Assembly: GCA_020891255.1 (NCBI GenBank)
Contig: BQFW01000006.1
Location: 806,001-870,000, forward strand
Length of the DNA: 64,000 nt
Source: Entomortierella parvispora E1425
Taxonomy: Eukaryota; Fungi; Mortierellomycota
Reading direction: 5' to 3'
Shown here: in pieces, positions 23,153 through 35,900 of the stretch
How the letters are laid out: every line of letters begins with the position of its first letter
How positions within the stretch are numbered: the first letter of the stretch is position 1
The notes under the pieces: generated by a model
What the model saw: only the letters and a program-made list of their open reading frames with translations
What the model was told of the DNA's origin: nothing
The model's database searches: none
Translations under genes and position numbers: made by a program

Positions 23153-26100
23153 ATGTCTTCCTCGTCCGCGCAAGCTGGCAACAAGTCAACCGAGGATAAA
23201 GGGAGCAACGACAACAGCCGTGGTGACCATCCTCACCAGCAACCTGGCCTCCCGCCTCCGTCGTCATTAGTCAATAATAGTCCAGAATCCAAAATGAACC
23301 CTGCGCCAGAGCCGAATCCTTCGTCTCCGGCCGGAAATCACAACAGTACCCGACCGAGCTCCTCCCGCCACCACAGCGACCGCCACTTTTCTCGAGACCG
23401 GGTCCATTCTTATTCTTCAACCTCTTCTTCCTCTTCTTCTCGTCCTCAACACTCACAACCTCCTCCCCCTCATCACCATCATCCCTATTATAGACACGAC
23501 CCTCACACCATGCAGTCCTCTGCCTACCCCTACCCTCCACCACCTCACCACTACAGCCGAGAGCACCACCCCTATCCCTATGATCCTTACAGCAGAGGTG
23601 CTCCACCCCCCCACGGATATCATCATCCTCCTCCCCATGGATATGGTCATCCTAACGGTGTCCGATCCCCTTCTTATCCAGACGATGGGGTCTCACCGTT
23701 TCATCAACCACCTCCGCCACTCCCACACTCGTCGTCCAAGGCTGGTCCGTCAAGACAACAGGCACAGCCGATACCGCCGCCACCACATTCGCAACTGCAG
23801 CAACAAGCATATGCTCGGCGATACTCCCGAAATGGCACCGGCGCAAACGACCACTATGCGTCCCAGTCATCTTCTTCCCCTTCGCCTCATGGGACCAGCT
23901 TTCCCTCGTCCCATCCATATCCTTACGCGCATGGTCACCCTCCTTACAACCCGGCCTCATGTGTGCCCTCGGCATCTTCAGCATCTTCCAGGAGCAACCC
24001 AAATATGGTTCCTTCCCCAACACAATCCAGTTACCCTCATCATCATCATCATCCTCCTCCTCACCGGGGACCATCGCCACCTTCGTCGTCTTCAAGACGC
24101 AAAGTCAAGAACGAACCCGTATCTGCAACGTCAACCCCTTCTTCTGCAATGACACCTACTCCTTATGTCCCTCCAAGACCCTGCCCTCCGCCCGTGAGTG
24201 AAAACGATCCAGCAAGGTTAGTTTATTTTTCTTTTCTGTTTGTTTGTTTTTTCCTTGTGGGTTTGTGGTCCAATTATTTCCCAGAAGAGAAGAGAGCAAA
24301 GAGAAAAAGAGAGCAGCGTGTCAATGTCAGAGAGCAAAACAGGGGAGTACAGGGATGAATTTGTGAGTGAGGGATTTAAAAACAGTGCCACTGTCGGTAA
24401 TTGTCCAGGAGGACAGCCCAGAAGAGGCAAAAAGGCATGAGCAGGAAGAGCAGGGGGGTGGACGAAGAGGGCGGCAGCGGGGGGAGGAGGGGGTGGACGA
24501 ACGAGCTGCAAGGCGAGGCGAGGGATGTGAAAAATGGAAACCTTCCCGGTAATTGACAAAAAAAAAATATATATATTCAATTGAATCGACATACATTGCT
24601 ATGAGTGCATGTATTGTATACACAACGATATATGTAATTGCATGGGCGTCAGCCAAGTGCCCAGTAATCGAATCTCCTTTCTCCCATCCCGCCAACCTGT
24701 CCTCCAATGAAAAGAACATCTGACTCTTTGACAAAGAACGAGTGAGAGGGAGTCAAGTCAAGAGACGATGACAATTGTGGGCTTTTGTGTTTTTTTTTGA
24801 ATTTTTTTTGTCCCTGTGCCGTTTTTTGCTCTTTTGGTAAATTACTTTCCTGTGATTCGGCTCTCACCCCTCCTGAAGCAGATTCATTTTCGTCGCCAAT
24901 GAATTGACTTTGAACCCAAGCGTTGGTGGGCGTAAACCATTTTCAGTTAGCCCTTGACTTCTTTCGTCTACTCTCTGTTTCTTGACTTTTGGCTGGTGGT
25001 CGCCCTCATTGTTTTCTTTCCATCTTGATTTTTTAGTCTTTCTTGCTCTCAATCCAAAGATTCAAAACTCTGTCATCTTATCATCTCTTGAATCATTTGC
25101 TGTTCTTAAGCTAACTAAAGCCTCTTTCCCACTCCACTCCTCTCCACGTTGACCACTACACAAACCATGATCTCCACATCCGCCAGTCGAGCCAGGATTG
25201 TCATTGTCCAGCAACCCTTACACGCACGTATGTGTGGTTTTGGCGAGAAGGATCGTCGACCCATCGACCCTCCTCCAATTGTCCAACTCTTTATGGATGA
25301 CAACCCTCATTACAACGAGCTCAAGCTGCCCGTTAAGCTAAAGATGCCCGCTCCCTCCAAGAAAGGTCGCGCAGCCGCTGCCCGAAAGGCCGCCGCCGCC
25401 GCCGCCGCTGCTGCTGCTGAGGCTGCTGCGGCAGAAGAGGCTGCTGCACAAGCCCGGGCCGCCAGGCGAGAGGAGCGAAGGGCGGCCAAGCTTTTAGACA
25501 AGCAGCAAAAGGCCGCCTCTTCCTCATCGTCGTCATCGACTCCTAGGAAGGGATCCTGTGATCGGTCACACTTGCATCATCATCAACATCATCAAGACCG
25601 AGAAATGAAAGGAGAGTCAGGTCATAGAAGTGGTGGATTGGTCGGACCTCGATCTGGCGAGAACCGGCAGACGGAGGGAAGATGGGGCGGTGAAAGTGGT
25701 AATGAGGAAGAAGACGGCACGTACGAGCTGGATGAGGATGAAGTCATGGGCGAGCCCTCTGACGATCGGCAACGCGACAGAAGGCGTTCATCCCATTCTT
25801 CCGCGGGCCATCACAGGCATCGCCCCAGCACCGGATCGATCAAAGAGGAAATCGATGGTAACACAAGCACACTGTCCAGTCAAGCGGGAAAGAAACATCC
25901 ACGAACCTCTGATGACGGTGATGGCATGGATTCCGGCCGTGATGGAAGCGACCACGCGTCTCGACACAGCCGAGAGGACGATAATAACCAAGAAAACAGC
26001 GGCAGTGAGAGTGATAGCACCAGTAGCAACAGCGATAGTGACGACGACAGCCATTCGTCGTCCAAGGACGCCACAAAGCGCCGTGAACGAAAGCCCATTA

Positions 26101-26747
26101 TTCCCGTGCTGCCACCAACAATTCCCGGCCAGCCCCCAATTCCTATTCAGTACCCACGGTACCCAGGCGGCCGTGCAGCTCTGGCCATTGATCCATTGTT
26201 TGTCCTGCACGCTTCCCTTTGGAGTGAAGATGGCACAGAGGTTCGGTCAATGATTGCCACTCCAGGGCAGAGTGACCCACCAAAGTTGACGCGTATTTTA
26301 ATGGGTGCCGTGGTCGTGTCACCAATCCTGTTAAACAACGAGAAGGGTGTGCCCGGCTGGTACTTTAGTTTCCCCGATCTGAGCATCCGAACGGAGGGAT
26401 CATACCGGCTCAAGTTCTCTTTGATGCGTTTTGCAAGGTAAGAAAGAGAGAGAGAAAAGAAAAAAAAAGAGATCCGAATGAAATGGCAGCAGTCAAAAAG
26501 TCAAGACACTAAAAATTCTCTCTTTTCATTCTTCATCTTCAGTTTTGACTTTGACGATCGAGGAGGCAGCCATGCTTCGCATATCGTAGCTGAGGTGACG
26601 AGCGAGCCATTCACCGTCTTTTCTGCCAAAAAGTTCCCAGGAATGACAGAGTCTACAGAACTCTCCAAAGCATTTGCAAAACAGGGCCTCAAGATCCCAA
26701 TCAGAAACGACTTGCGACCCAGAAAGAACAACGACAGGGACGACTAA
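23153..26747 (+). CDS. Velvet-family transcriptional regulator (exons approx. 23153-24216, about 25187-26437, 26543-26747)
   Basis: [47 protein letters not shown] and [32 protein letters not shown]. Splicing of the His/Pro-rich first exon is inferred. Confidence 0.88.
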
Positions 26748-27401
26748 TGGATCGAAAAAAGAACACACCTCCTTCTCGTCCCTTGCCCGCCCATACTTGT
26801 CCATATCTCATTCCTCTCCTCCCGTCATCATCATTTGTACACACATTTTCTCCCTTCCCCAACTAATAATAAATACATATAATAGAGCGAGAACCGTACT
26901 CTCGGTGACAGAATCGATGTTCAAGGAGGCGCGTCTTGGGTTGTGTTTGCTCTACTTTCTATGCTTTTTGATCGACGTGCAGCAAAATCCTAACGAAACG
27001 AAAACATTCCCTCTTGCGACACCCTCGCTACACGACAAAGAAAAAAGGACTGTGGCATTCATTTATCTTTTGCGACTCTCACCTGTCAGGTCTTTGTGTC
27101 GCGTTCCGTCGACGACGTGCCCAACTCGCTCACAATGGCCCGTGGTCGCTTATCACCCTGCAATCAAAGCAGACGAACAAAGACCATGGTCTTGCCTCTG
27201 TGCAGCAACAGCGGCCGGCCTGTTGCTTTTGTTGAAGGAGATCCATCAGTCCCATCAAGCCACGCGTGCTTGTTGCCTTTTCTATCGCTGTGGTCCTCCT
27301 TTACCCCATTTCTCTTTGCCCTCCTCCCAACTGCTCTGCCTTCAACTCACTCAGTTATCCATCCGCTCCTACTCTTCTCACCCGACCACCCACCACCCAC
27401 C

Positions 27402-28637
27402 ATGGCCGCCAGGAACAGACGCACCAACAAACACAAGCGAGGCAACGTCTCTCGTTCGCAAGATCAAAGACAGACCACGGCCGACCTCTCCTCAGCACTC
27501 ACTCATGAACAAACCGAAACCGGTCCTCAAGCTCCCTCTCAGGCTCCTTCTTCAGCTCAAGGAGAGCGCCAGGCTCCGCCCCAGGGTGTCCAGCGCAACA
27601 GCGGTCCCGCTCAACGCAGCTTCAGAATCACGTATGAGGACTATGTCGATGTCAACGATGATGGGAGCGACGACCTCGAGAGCCTGGACCCTAGCCACGT
27701 GTTGTCCACCATGCGATTTTTCTTGAAAGCAAGACGCCTTTTCGACGACCTCCCTTCTGAAGCACAGGAGCTACTGGATTTGATCCAGGAGGCCACGACT
27801 CGTCAGCTGAAGGCACTGAACACGCCTGAAGGACTCTATCTCATCAAGGCTGACTTGGACCGCTGGGACGCCCACGACGCCCGGATTCACCAGGCCCATA
27901 TCCGAATGTACCGCCAGGTTCACAGTCTGGTTCTTTGCATGGACAAGGCCCGCCCCCCTGCTGACAAGGCAGAGCTCCGATCCTCAAAGCTCTCATTGTT
28001 GGAGGCCATGCGCCAACAAACTGGTTGGGTCTCGGACAAGATTGCGTTTGTGGAGGAGCTGGCCAAGTCGCGCAAGAGCGCCGATGACATCTTTCAGAAC
28101 AGCGTCAGATTGAGGGATCCCGATACGTCGCCTTCCGATAAGATCACGAACCTCAGCGCCTGTCATTCGCTGTCGATCGCCGAGAGGATCTTGAAGGTCG
28201 ACGGTCTCTTTGACAACCTTCCGTTGGAGCGCGACAGGGCTCTGGCTCGCATTTTCGTTCAAGCCCAGAGAACGATTGAGATGGTCAACTTGGGCGTGAG
28301 CACGGTGATGACTCGACCGGCCGATCGCATTCGGGAACAGGTCCTTCATAATCGGATCAGCAACGCGCACGATTTGATGTTGCATCGACTTCGCCCCATC
28401 ACCACCATCCGACAACAGCACCCTCTGGTTCTGGCGGCTAAACCCCTGGCGACTCCAAAGTCTCTGTCCAAGGTCCCGAAAGAGATCCGACGTCGTCGAG
28501 TCCAGATGGGGGCCCTGGAGGCCATCGAAGGCCTGGCAGAGGCGGCGGCTGGCAGTATCGACTTTTTCTTTGATCTGCCCATGATCATGAGCATGCCAGA
28601 GTTCTTTGACTCTCTTTACGTGAGAATCCTCGCCTAA
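27402..28637 (+). CDS. Hypothetical protein, about 411 aa; basic N-terminus then helical domain
   Basis: Long ORF with coding-like composition. Likely start MAARNRR at 27402. No family recognised. Confidence 0.75.
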   Translation: MAARNRRTNKHKRGNVSRSQDQRQTTADLSSALTHEQTETGPQAPSQAPSSAQGERQAPPQGVQRNSGPAQRSFRITYEDYVDVNDDGSDDLESLDPSHVLSTMRFFLKARRLFDDLPSEAQELLDLIQEATTRQLKALNTPEGLYLIKADLDRWDAHDARIHQAHIRMYRQVHSLVLCMDKARPPADKAELRSSKLSLLEAMRQQTGWVSDKIAFVEELAKSRKSADDIFQNSVRLRDPDTSPSDKITNLSACHSLSIAERILKVDGLFDNLPLERDRALARIFVQAQRTIEMVNLGVSTVMTRPADRIREQVLHNRISNAHDLMLHRLRPITTIRQQHPLVLAAKPLATPKSLSKVPKEIRRRRVQMGALEAIEGLAEAAAGSIDFFFDLPMIMSMPEFFDSLYVRILA

Positions 28638-28919
28638 AGTTCATCCCTCGTGGTAGCGATATCCCAACATTGCGATACACAGCCCATCCACATCCATTGA
28701 CAGTGCGACACAACAGCATTTTATCTTGTAGCTTCTTTGCAAAAAATAAATGTCCCCATTTTTGGTGATGGTTCAAAAACGGAGGAGTTGTTTATTCCAG
28801 TGGAGACTGATAGGTAGAGAGAGATATTCATTTCTTGGAGTTGCCATCCTTGAAAGCATTAGGAGATTTGTTCGCCAAATAAAACAACGGATGAGCAGAG
28901 TACGAGCTCGTTTCGCCTT

Positions 28920-30802
28920 CTATAAATGGAGAAGCGCATTAAAATCCAGTGGAGCAAACAGGTCAAGGAGATTCATCGTCACTATTTCTGTCTTATGATT
29001 CTTACCAACCTGAAGCGTCTGGGGTTTCTTTTCGGCCGGTTGAGAAGGAGAAGAGGTCTTTGCAGCCTGCTGAGAAGGGGAAGAAGCTGGAGGAGGAGCA
29101 GGTTTATCGCTGACTCCCATGTTCTTGATCCCAGAAATGACATCCTCCTTATTCTTTCCGTTCCCTTTTGTAAGAGGAGCTATATGAATATAAGAAGTTA
29201 AAGCGAACGGACGCGTCAATCTTTGCATGCACCCGTAATCATACTATCCTACAAAGAAAAAAAATGAAAGTGTACCTTGTTCTTTCTTTTTCGTCGTTTG
29301 TTTGCTTTCAGTCGCAATGTCGTCCATAGCGCTCCACGAATTAACGTAGTAAAACTTTTCATTGTCGGGGTCGTTGGAATTGCTGGAAGAGCGCTTCATA
29401 AATTCGAGAAACTCGGGAGGAGCACCAGCCGTTGCCAACATATCAGGAAGGTCATTCTCGTTCCCCACAGCTGGTCTTTTGCTAGGATCCTTGCTCTTTG
29501 CAGAGTCGTCATTATGGAAAATTCGAATTGAATCCATCAGCTCGGCAGGAACACCAGCCATTTCCATCTTCTGAGTGAATTCATCCTTGGGTTCCTTATC
29601 AGCCGCTTTTTTGCCCGAGTTCTGTTTTTTCTTGGAGGCGTCGTTCTCCTTGCTTCCTTGACCAGTTGTCTTTTTGGGAGACTCTGGCTTTATCGAAGAT
29701 TCTGGATTTTTTGCAGACTCTTGCTTTTTCGGAGACGGTTGCCTTCTCGGAGGCAATTCGTAAAAGCTGTCATCATCGTTGGAAAGTTTCATCTTTTCAC
29801 AGAGCTGTGGAGGCGCACCAGACATTTCCATCATATAGGCGATTTCATCCCTTCCACGGTCAGCCCTCTTGGTAGGGTCCACCTTTTCGTTTGGATCGCG
29901 GATGATCTTCTGTTCTGTCACAGCGCAGTCCCAAATCTGATGAGCCACTGTGCAGCACTTCATTAATTCAATGTCGGTGGGGGGTACCGAAGACTTTTTC
30001 TTGGGACCATGAGTTTCCGCATACACATCGATCGCATTCAAGAAGTCGTGTTGGTCACTGACATACTGGATCCTCTCCTCGGCGAATTTCTGCCAAAACT
30101 GTGCCACAGCCTGGATTTCCTCCGCAGTCATTGCCCAAGGCAAATTGTCCAGAGGGGGCAGCTTTCGATACTGTCGATACTGGTGCCGAAACAGGGTGTA
30201 CTGCTCAATAAAAGTGGCGGGCTTGTTGGGTCTCGCCTTTTTTTTGGGGACGATCAAGCGATCTATCAGATCAAAAAAAAAAAGTGAAGAAATGTTAAAG
30301 AGATGTTGCACTTCATGGATCGATGGAAGGTCAAACTCCCAATTTCTGAGAGGTGCATACCTTGTTCTCCTGCAAAGTACTTTTCTCTGAACGCATTGAT
30401 CAAGGCATACGCTTTGCGATCGCGGCACATAAAGTCGACCATCCTCTGGGTGTGGATCATATGTTGACTTGGAGTGAGCTCCTCATCCTGAATCTCGTGT
30501 TCCCACATGGAATTAAGACGACTGATGAGTTTACGCAACTGCACAGGTGACAATTCTGGGCCAGGGTTCACGCCGATAGGTTTCATAGCCAACATGTACT
30601 CCTCCATTGTTTCCGCAAAGGTTGCCGATGCAGGAAAGATGGCGTGGCAATTGCAATAAGCCTGCCAACAGGTCACCAGGCTGTCGAATTCTTTCTTTGC
30701 CAGGGGAGGAAGGGGCCCTTTCTTTGCCCCAGGTGGCAGGATCAGCCGCCGAAAGATATCCTGCTGATCAAGAAATGTTGCCGCTTTCCTATGTTCTGCC
30801 AT
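28920..30802 (-). CDS. Hypothetical multi-exon protein with a duplicated N-terminal domain and short repeats
   Basis: ORFs 30802-30266, 30428-29244 and 29228-28920 are linked by GT-AG introns. The 3' exon structure is uncertain. Confidence 0.7.
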
Positions 30803-31018
30803 GGTTGTTGTGCTGAACGATGCTGAGGATGTTTGTAAACATGTTTCAGGGGTGGACGCTCTTTAAATTTCGGCGAGGTCACGTGACAATAGCGCGTGTC
30901 GAACTTGTCGAAAGAAGAAAAGGTGAGGGGAAATTTATTTGAGGACAGGACCCATGCCCTCCAAGCTAGTTCATGCCTCTCTTTTCTCGTTTCCCTTACA
31001 ACCTCACTATAGGCCATC

Positions 31019-31738
31019 ATGCCCAACAGAAGAAACCAGTACAAGAACAAAAAGGACAGAAAGATGCGGGCCCGTCAGTCGACCCAGTCGCCTCCCCTGC
31101 CATCGACACAGCTGACTGAAATCCAAACCAGCTTGACTTCTCCGCCGCCGCAAGAGACCGCAGCCTCCGTCTCGGTAGCGGCTGCCTCGGCCCCTACAAA
31201 CACCCGCCAGTCGTCCAGGACAGCACCCCGCCAACATGGTCCCGGTCTCAAGATCCTGAAAGACTTCGAAGACCTTTCGCTGGATGATCTTTACCTGGAG
31301 AACGATCATCCTCTCAGCGCCATCGAGTCGATCCTGAATGAGGAGGAGGACTTCCACTTGTTTGGTGACGAGTTTGAACGGATGCGGGAAAAGATCCTGG
31401 AATTTGTGGACAGATTGATCATTCGCTCTATCATTCAGAGAGGCACGATCCTCGCTATTGTGGTGGTGGAGGATGATCGGCAGTGGGTTGATCAGATGGA
31501 CGAGCAGGTCTTGGACCTAAAGTACTCCATCGAGGCTGATGTAGAGATCCTCAAGGTTGACCTGCTGGAATACCGAAGACAGAAACCGGGATCTGAAGGC
31601 GACGCCAAGGGCAGCGCGAAGGAGGGTGAGAACAACTCTTTTCGTGCGCAGAGAAGGGAGATCTTGCAGGATATCAAGAAGCTAGCAGGCATGGTCAGGG
31701 AGAAACTCAGCTTTTTGGATGACTTGACCGCTCTTTAG
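31019..31738 (+). CDS. Hypothetical protein, 239 aa; basic N-terminus and acidic helical domain
   Basis: Clean ATG-to-stop ORF with coding-like composition. No family recognised. Confidence 0.75.
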   Translation: MPNRRNQYKNKKDRKMRARQSTQSPPLPSTQLTEIQTSLTSPPPQETAASVSVAAASAPTNTRQSSRTAPRQHGPGLKILKDFEDLSLDDLYLENDHPLSAIESILNEEEDFHLFGDEFERMREKILEFVDRLIIRSIIQRGTILAIVVVEDDRQWVDQMDEQVLDLKYSIEADVEILKVDLLEYRRQKPGSEGDAKGSAKEGENNSFRAQRREILQDIKKLAGMVREKLSFLDDLTAL

Positions 31739-32186
31739 GCTTCTTTTCAAGCCTCAAGGACATGGATGCTCTCTCCTTTTCGCTTCGTTCCACAGACGGG
31801 TTGAAGCTTTACATTTTTTTTTGCTCCTAGGCTTCTTCTACAATAAAGTCGTGTATTTTTCACTCCTGATACCCAAAGTGGACGCATGTTTAATCGTTCT
31901 TGGGAGGGAGCTAGGATCGAGGCTGCACGACTGCATAAACCGACCACATCCGCGGCGCATCTGGTCAAACGAAAAGCAGCATAAAAGGATTTAGCCCCCC
32001 ACCCCCCACGCTTGCTTCTTTCTTTCATAAAAACCAAAGCTTTCTCTCTTTGTCTAGCTCTTTCTGTTTCGACGCTCTCCTCCACTTCTACACACGCACC
32101 TGCCCCACCTCATCACCAAAGAAAAGAGAAGCTACCCGCAACTACTCTAACCTCCCGTCTAGCCCTTTTCCTTCAAAACAAAAGCA

Positions 32187-32678
32187 ATGCTGAAAAACGA
32201 AGCCTTCATGAAGGAATTCGAGGGTCGCAAGCCTGACGCTGTTTGTGCGATGGGCCTTGGCGTCTGGTACTTGAATGGAGCGTTGATCCCTGAACATCCC
32301 TTGTTGATCATCGAGAATTTCCTTACTGCCTTTGGACCCATCCTCTTCCAGGATCTTGCCAAAGAGCGAGAGGCGGCTATTCAAGCAAGCAAGGTCGCAC
32401 AGGCTCACATGCTGGCTACCGTGGGGCCCAATGTGCCAACAAAGATTGTCTCCATGGAGACAGCTCAGCAGATGCTCAAGCTTGCTGAGGATGTGAACAA
32501 GGCCAAGACTCGGATGGTCAGGGCCATGTTTTGGCTAAAGTACAACCCACTGTCGTCGAAGACAAGAGAGGAGGCAAAGGCCTTGGATCCGGAAGAGAAG
32601 GTTCATAAGCGCAAGGTCTTGGTCTTGTCCCTGGCCCACAAGATCAGCACTTCGCTCTCCACCTGGAGCACTATTTAG
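32187..32678 (+). CDS. Hypothetical protein, 163 aa
   Basis: ATG-initiated ORF with globular composition, followed by an AATAAA-containing 3' region. Confidence 0.65.
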   Translation: MLKNEAFMKEFEGRKPDAVCAMGLGVWYLNGALIPEHPLLIIENFLTAFGPILFQDLAKEREAAIQASKVAQAHMLATVGPNVPTKIVSMETAQQMLKLAEDVNKAKTRMVRAMFWLKYNPLSSKTREEAKALDPEEKVHKRKVLVLSLAHKISTSLSTWSTI

Positions 32679-32925
32679 TAGATGCTGGACATCGTCCCCA
32701 CGCCTCCTACCGGATTTGACATTCCCCATGTGTGATCTGCAACACTTCTTTACCAAAAAAAAGAAGAAAAAAAAAAAGTGTCCACCTGCCGTTGAAAACA
32801 AACCAAACCACGTAGGACTCGCTCTCGAACAGTGATCACAGTTGAGAGAATGCAGCACTCAATAAAAACCATTATCGTGCGATCGTCTCAGTAAATATTT
32901 TTCTCAAGTAGGAAGGAGAAGCTCT

Positions 32926-35900
32926 TTATTCCATTCCCTTGAATGCCGAAGTAGACACGATGGACTTGGGGGGCGTGGAGGAGGAGGAAGATGATGTGCT
33001 GTCGCATTGCATAATCGCACTCATGAATGCAAGAGTCGTGTACAAAAGTATACTGAACGCTTGTATCGGATCGGGTTGCGGGATCTTTCCCGGCAACAGG
33101 CTGTATTTTCGCGACTCTGTATACCATTCCAAGGTTGATGGCATAGTCTCTGGACTGACAAAGTCCAGTCCTGTCAGAATCGTGTCAACGACATATCGCG
33201 CCTGTCTGACCGACCCAGCTGGGATCATCACCGCCTCACCTGCCCGTTGATACACCCTATAAGGTCGCACATTGTGTCTCGTATCCAGTTGTCGAAGCGA
33301 TCTCATATTGAAGAAGAACTGCTCGCAGCTAAACGGATCCTGATCATCTGCATTGTCATAGGGCTTTAAAACTGTCGCGATAAAATGGGCCAGTTCTGGT
33401 CGATCCTCTGGTCGAAAAATATCCCACACCACTGCAGTCGAATCATCTAATTCTCTGAGCTGGCTGGGTGAGACAGCATCGCCGACTTCATGATAGAAAT
33501 AGAGGGGGGAAAGGGGGTCAGTTACAATGCTTTCCCATAATAAGCCCTCATAGGGACCAACAGAGAAGCAGATGCTGTACGTACGTTCAATGGCTTGTGT
33601 GTATGTACAAATATAGATTTTGTCTGCAAGTTCACAGTTCAATGGGAAAGTACCAAAGCTGGCCTCCTTTCGACCCAACCCCTGACAGGGATACATCTTA
33701 AAGCCAAGACCTAGTGACTTGTGCCCCTGAGGAAAGTACCGGGACAGATTGAACCTTCCCATGGGGCTGGTGTAATCGGGTAGAGGTAACGCGTGCATCA
33801 GATCATCGTGAAGGGCCTTGCATCTCTTTTCAAAAGGCTCACTTGGCCACTCCTAGAGATCGATAAAAAAATAAAAAAAAATAAAAAGTACAATAGTCAG
33901 TCATCTTCTAAAGGTGTATCAACCACATCGCTAGTCCAGTGTCTCTGTAGCATCACTAACCATCAGCCTGCAAGTACCAGGCGTCGTGAAATTCCTCAGT
34001 AAGAATTCATGCATGGTGGTAGACTCAACCATCTGAGTTGAGCAGTTCTTCATAACCAAGGCAGTGTCCTCCTCCTTGGTAATATTCAACAATCCTTCCA
34101 ATGACCAACCTTTCTGCTTCAGTCTCCCACCTACGTTCAAGATGACAATGACATTCCCAGCCGCCCATCTTGCCTGGAATTCCTCAAGCTTGACATCGGA
34201 GGACAGATACAGAGGAGCTGGTTTCTCCTCTGACGCCTCTGGTCTTGACAGAGCTGAGAGTTCCTTATCTGGTAATACTTGCTGCGAGACATTCGACATC
34301 ACTTGGTCATACACCTTGAGGTACCAGCGTAGAGTTGAGCGATGAAATCGACCACAGAGTTCAAATTGCCGGTCGACATGCATTCGACGATGCGTACAGA
34401 CCAACAGCTCTGTGCCATCGCTATAGCAACCTGGGCATAGACCCAGTCCACAGGCGCTACACATGTAGTAATTGCTAACAATCGCTCTTCTGCAGTACTC
34501 GCAGAATTGGCGCCTGGTGTCCGGTCGATGGATATAATCTTCAGTGGCGTCTACAGGTATAATTTGCTGCTCCAATAGGGCCCTCGATTTGGATGACAGG
34601 CAGGCTAGGACGTACTCCAAGTGAGCACGTGGCATTCCTGGCATGTCAAACTGGATCGATTTGTCTGGAGCAGGATCAGACAAGAAATCGGGTCCGAAGG
34701 AGAGCTTGTCGATGATATTCTTATTCTGCAGATCCTCAACGTAAAAAAAGCGGAATCCAGCCATGCGACACATATCGCCTGCCTGCGTAGCCGCACAAGA
34801 TCTGCATAGCTCAAGCCCCTTCACAACTTTGTAAGTGCTGCATGCCTCCTCCTGCAGAGCTCGGTGACTCTCCTCGATATGTATCCGGACAACAGGCTTG
34901 AAATCTCCGTTGGAGGCGCGTTTGTAATTCTTGATGTGACCTTCGAACGTTGGCGAGTTGTACATAGACAGCAGGGGTGTTGCTTTCTTCTTTGGCGTCT
35001 TGCTAACTTTCGTCCCCAGGTTTTTTGCTGAAGTTTGCGTTGTAGATCGACTATCGAGCCACTTTTTGGCTGCAGAAGCTGTACATCTGGCCACGACAGC
35101 GATAAACTCGATATCCTCTTCCTTCAAATCCTTTATCCTGCCTCCATACGACTGATAAGCTGCTTCCAGTACCATCTTGTTGAAGTCTCCCAGAAGTTTG
35201 TCGACATTAGTATGGGCGTAATGGAACCTTTTTCGAATGTTGTCGTACTGCATGATCTCCTCGACCCACTCTTCTGATGCACTGGACGGGGCATTATCAT
35301 TCCTGGCAAGTTGAACAAGAGCTTTTGTTTTCGGATTCGAACGCGCCGATGTGGAGTGTCGGGACTGTCCGAGCGTGGGCACAATGCTCGAAGGAGACTT
35401 TGGAGCCATAGATCGAGGCTCAGACGGTGCGTCGTTATCCGGTACATGAAAAGACGAGTCCGAGTCTACGGTCCTATGGTCTTCGAAGTGACAGTTCGCA
35501 GTGCTTTCATCCGACATGTCGGAGGATGCTAATACAGATTCGTTCCCCATCTGAACAGTCGATGCTTCTTCTCCAGCTGAATCCTCTGAGATTTCCTGGT
35601 ATACTGAGTCCACGGTGGTACCATGATCTGCTGGATCGGCTGCCTGAGGAGCCGTCTCCCGCTCATCCTTTGCTCTCCTCATCTTCCTCGCGTTGTTTCT
35701 TTCGCTGGCCGGCAGTTTAGTGAAGCGTGATTTTCCTGAAAGAGAGACTTGCCGTAATCGAGCTCGGTTACCGTGATTACCAAGAGATTCTCTATGTCGG
35801 GGCAAAGACTGTCCTAGACTTCCATCTTTGGATCCAGTGCCGTTGTCAAGCATCCTTGACTTTGGTTTTGACCGCAGGGTAGGTATGGTATCCTCTAACA

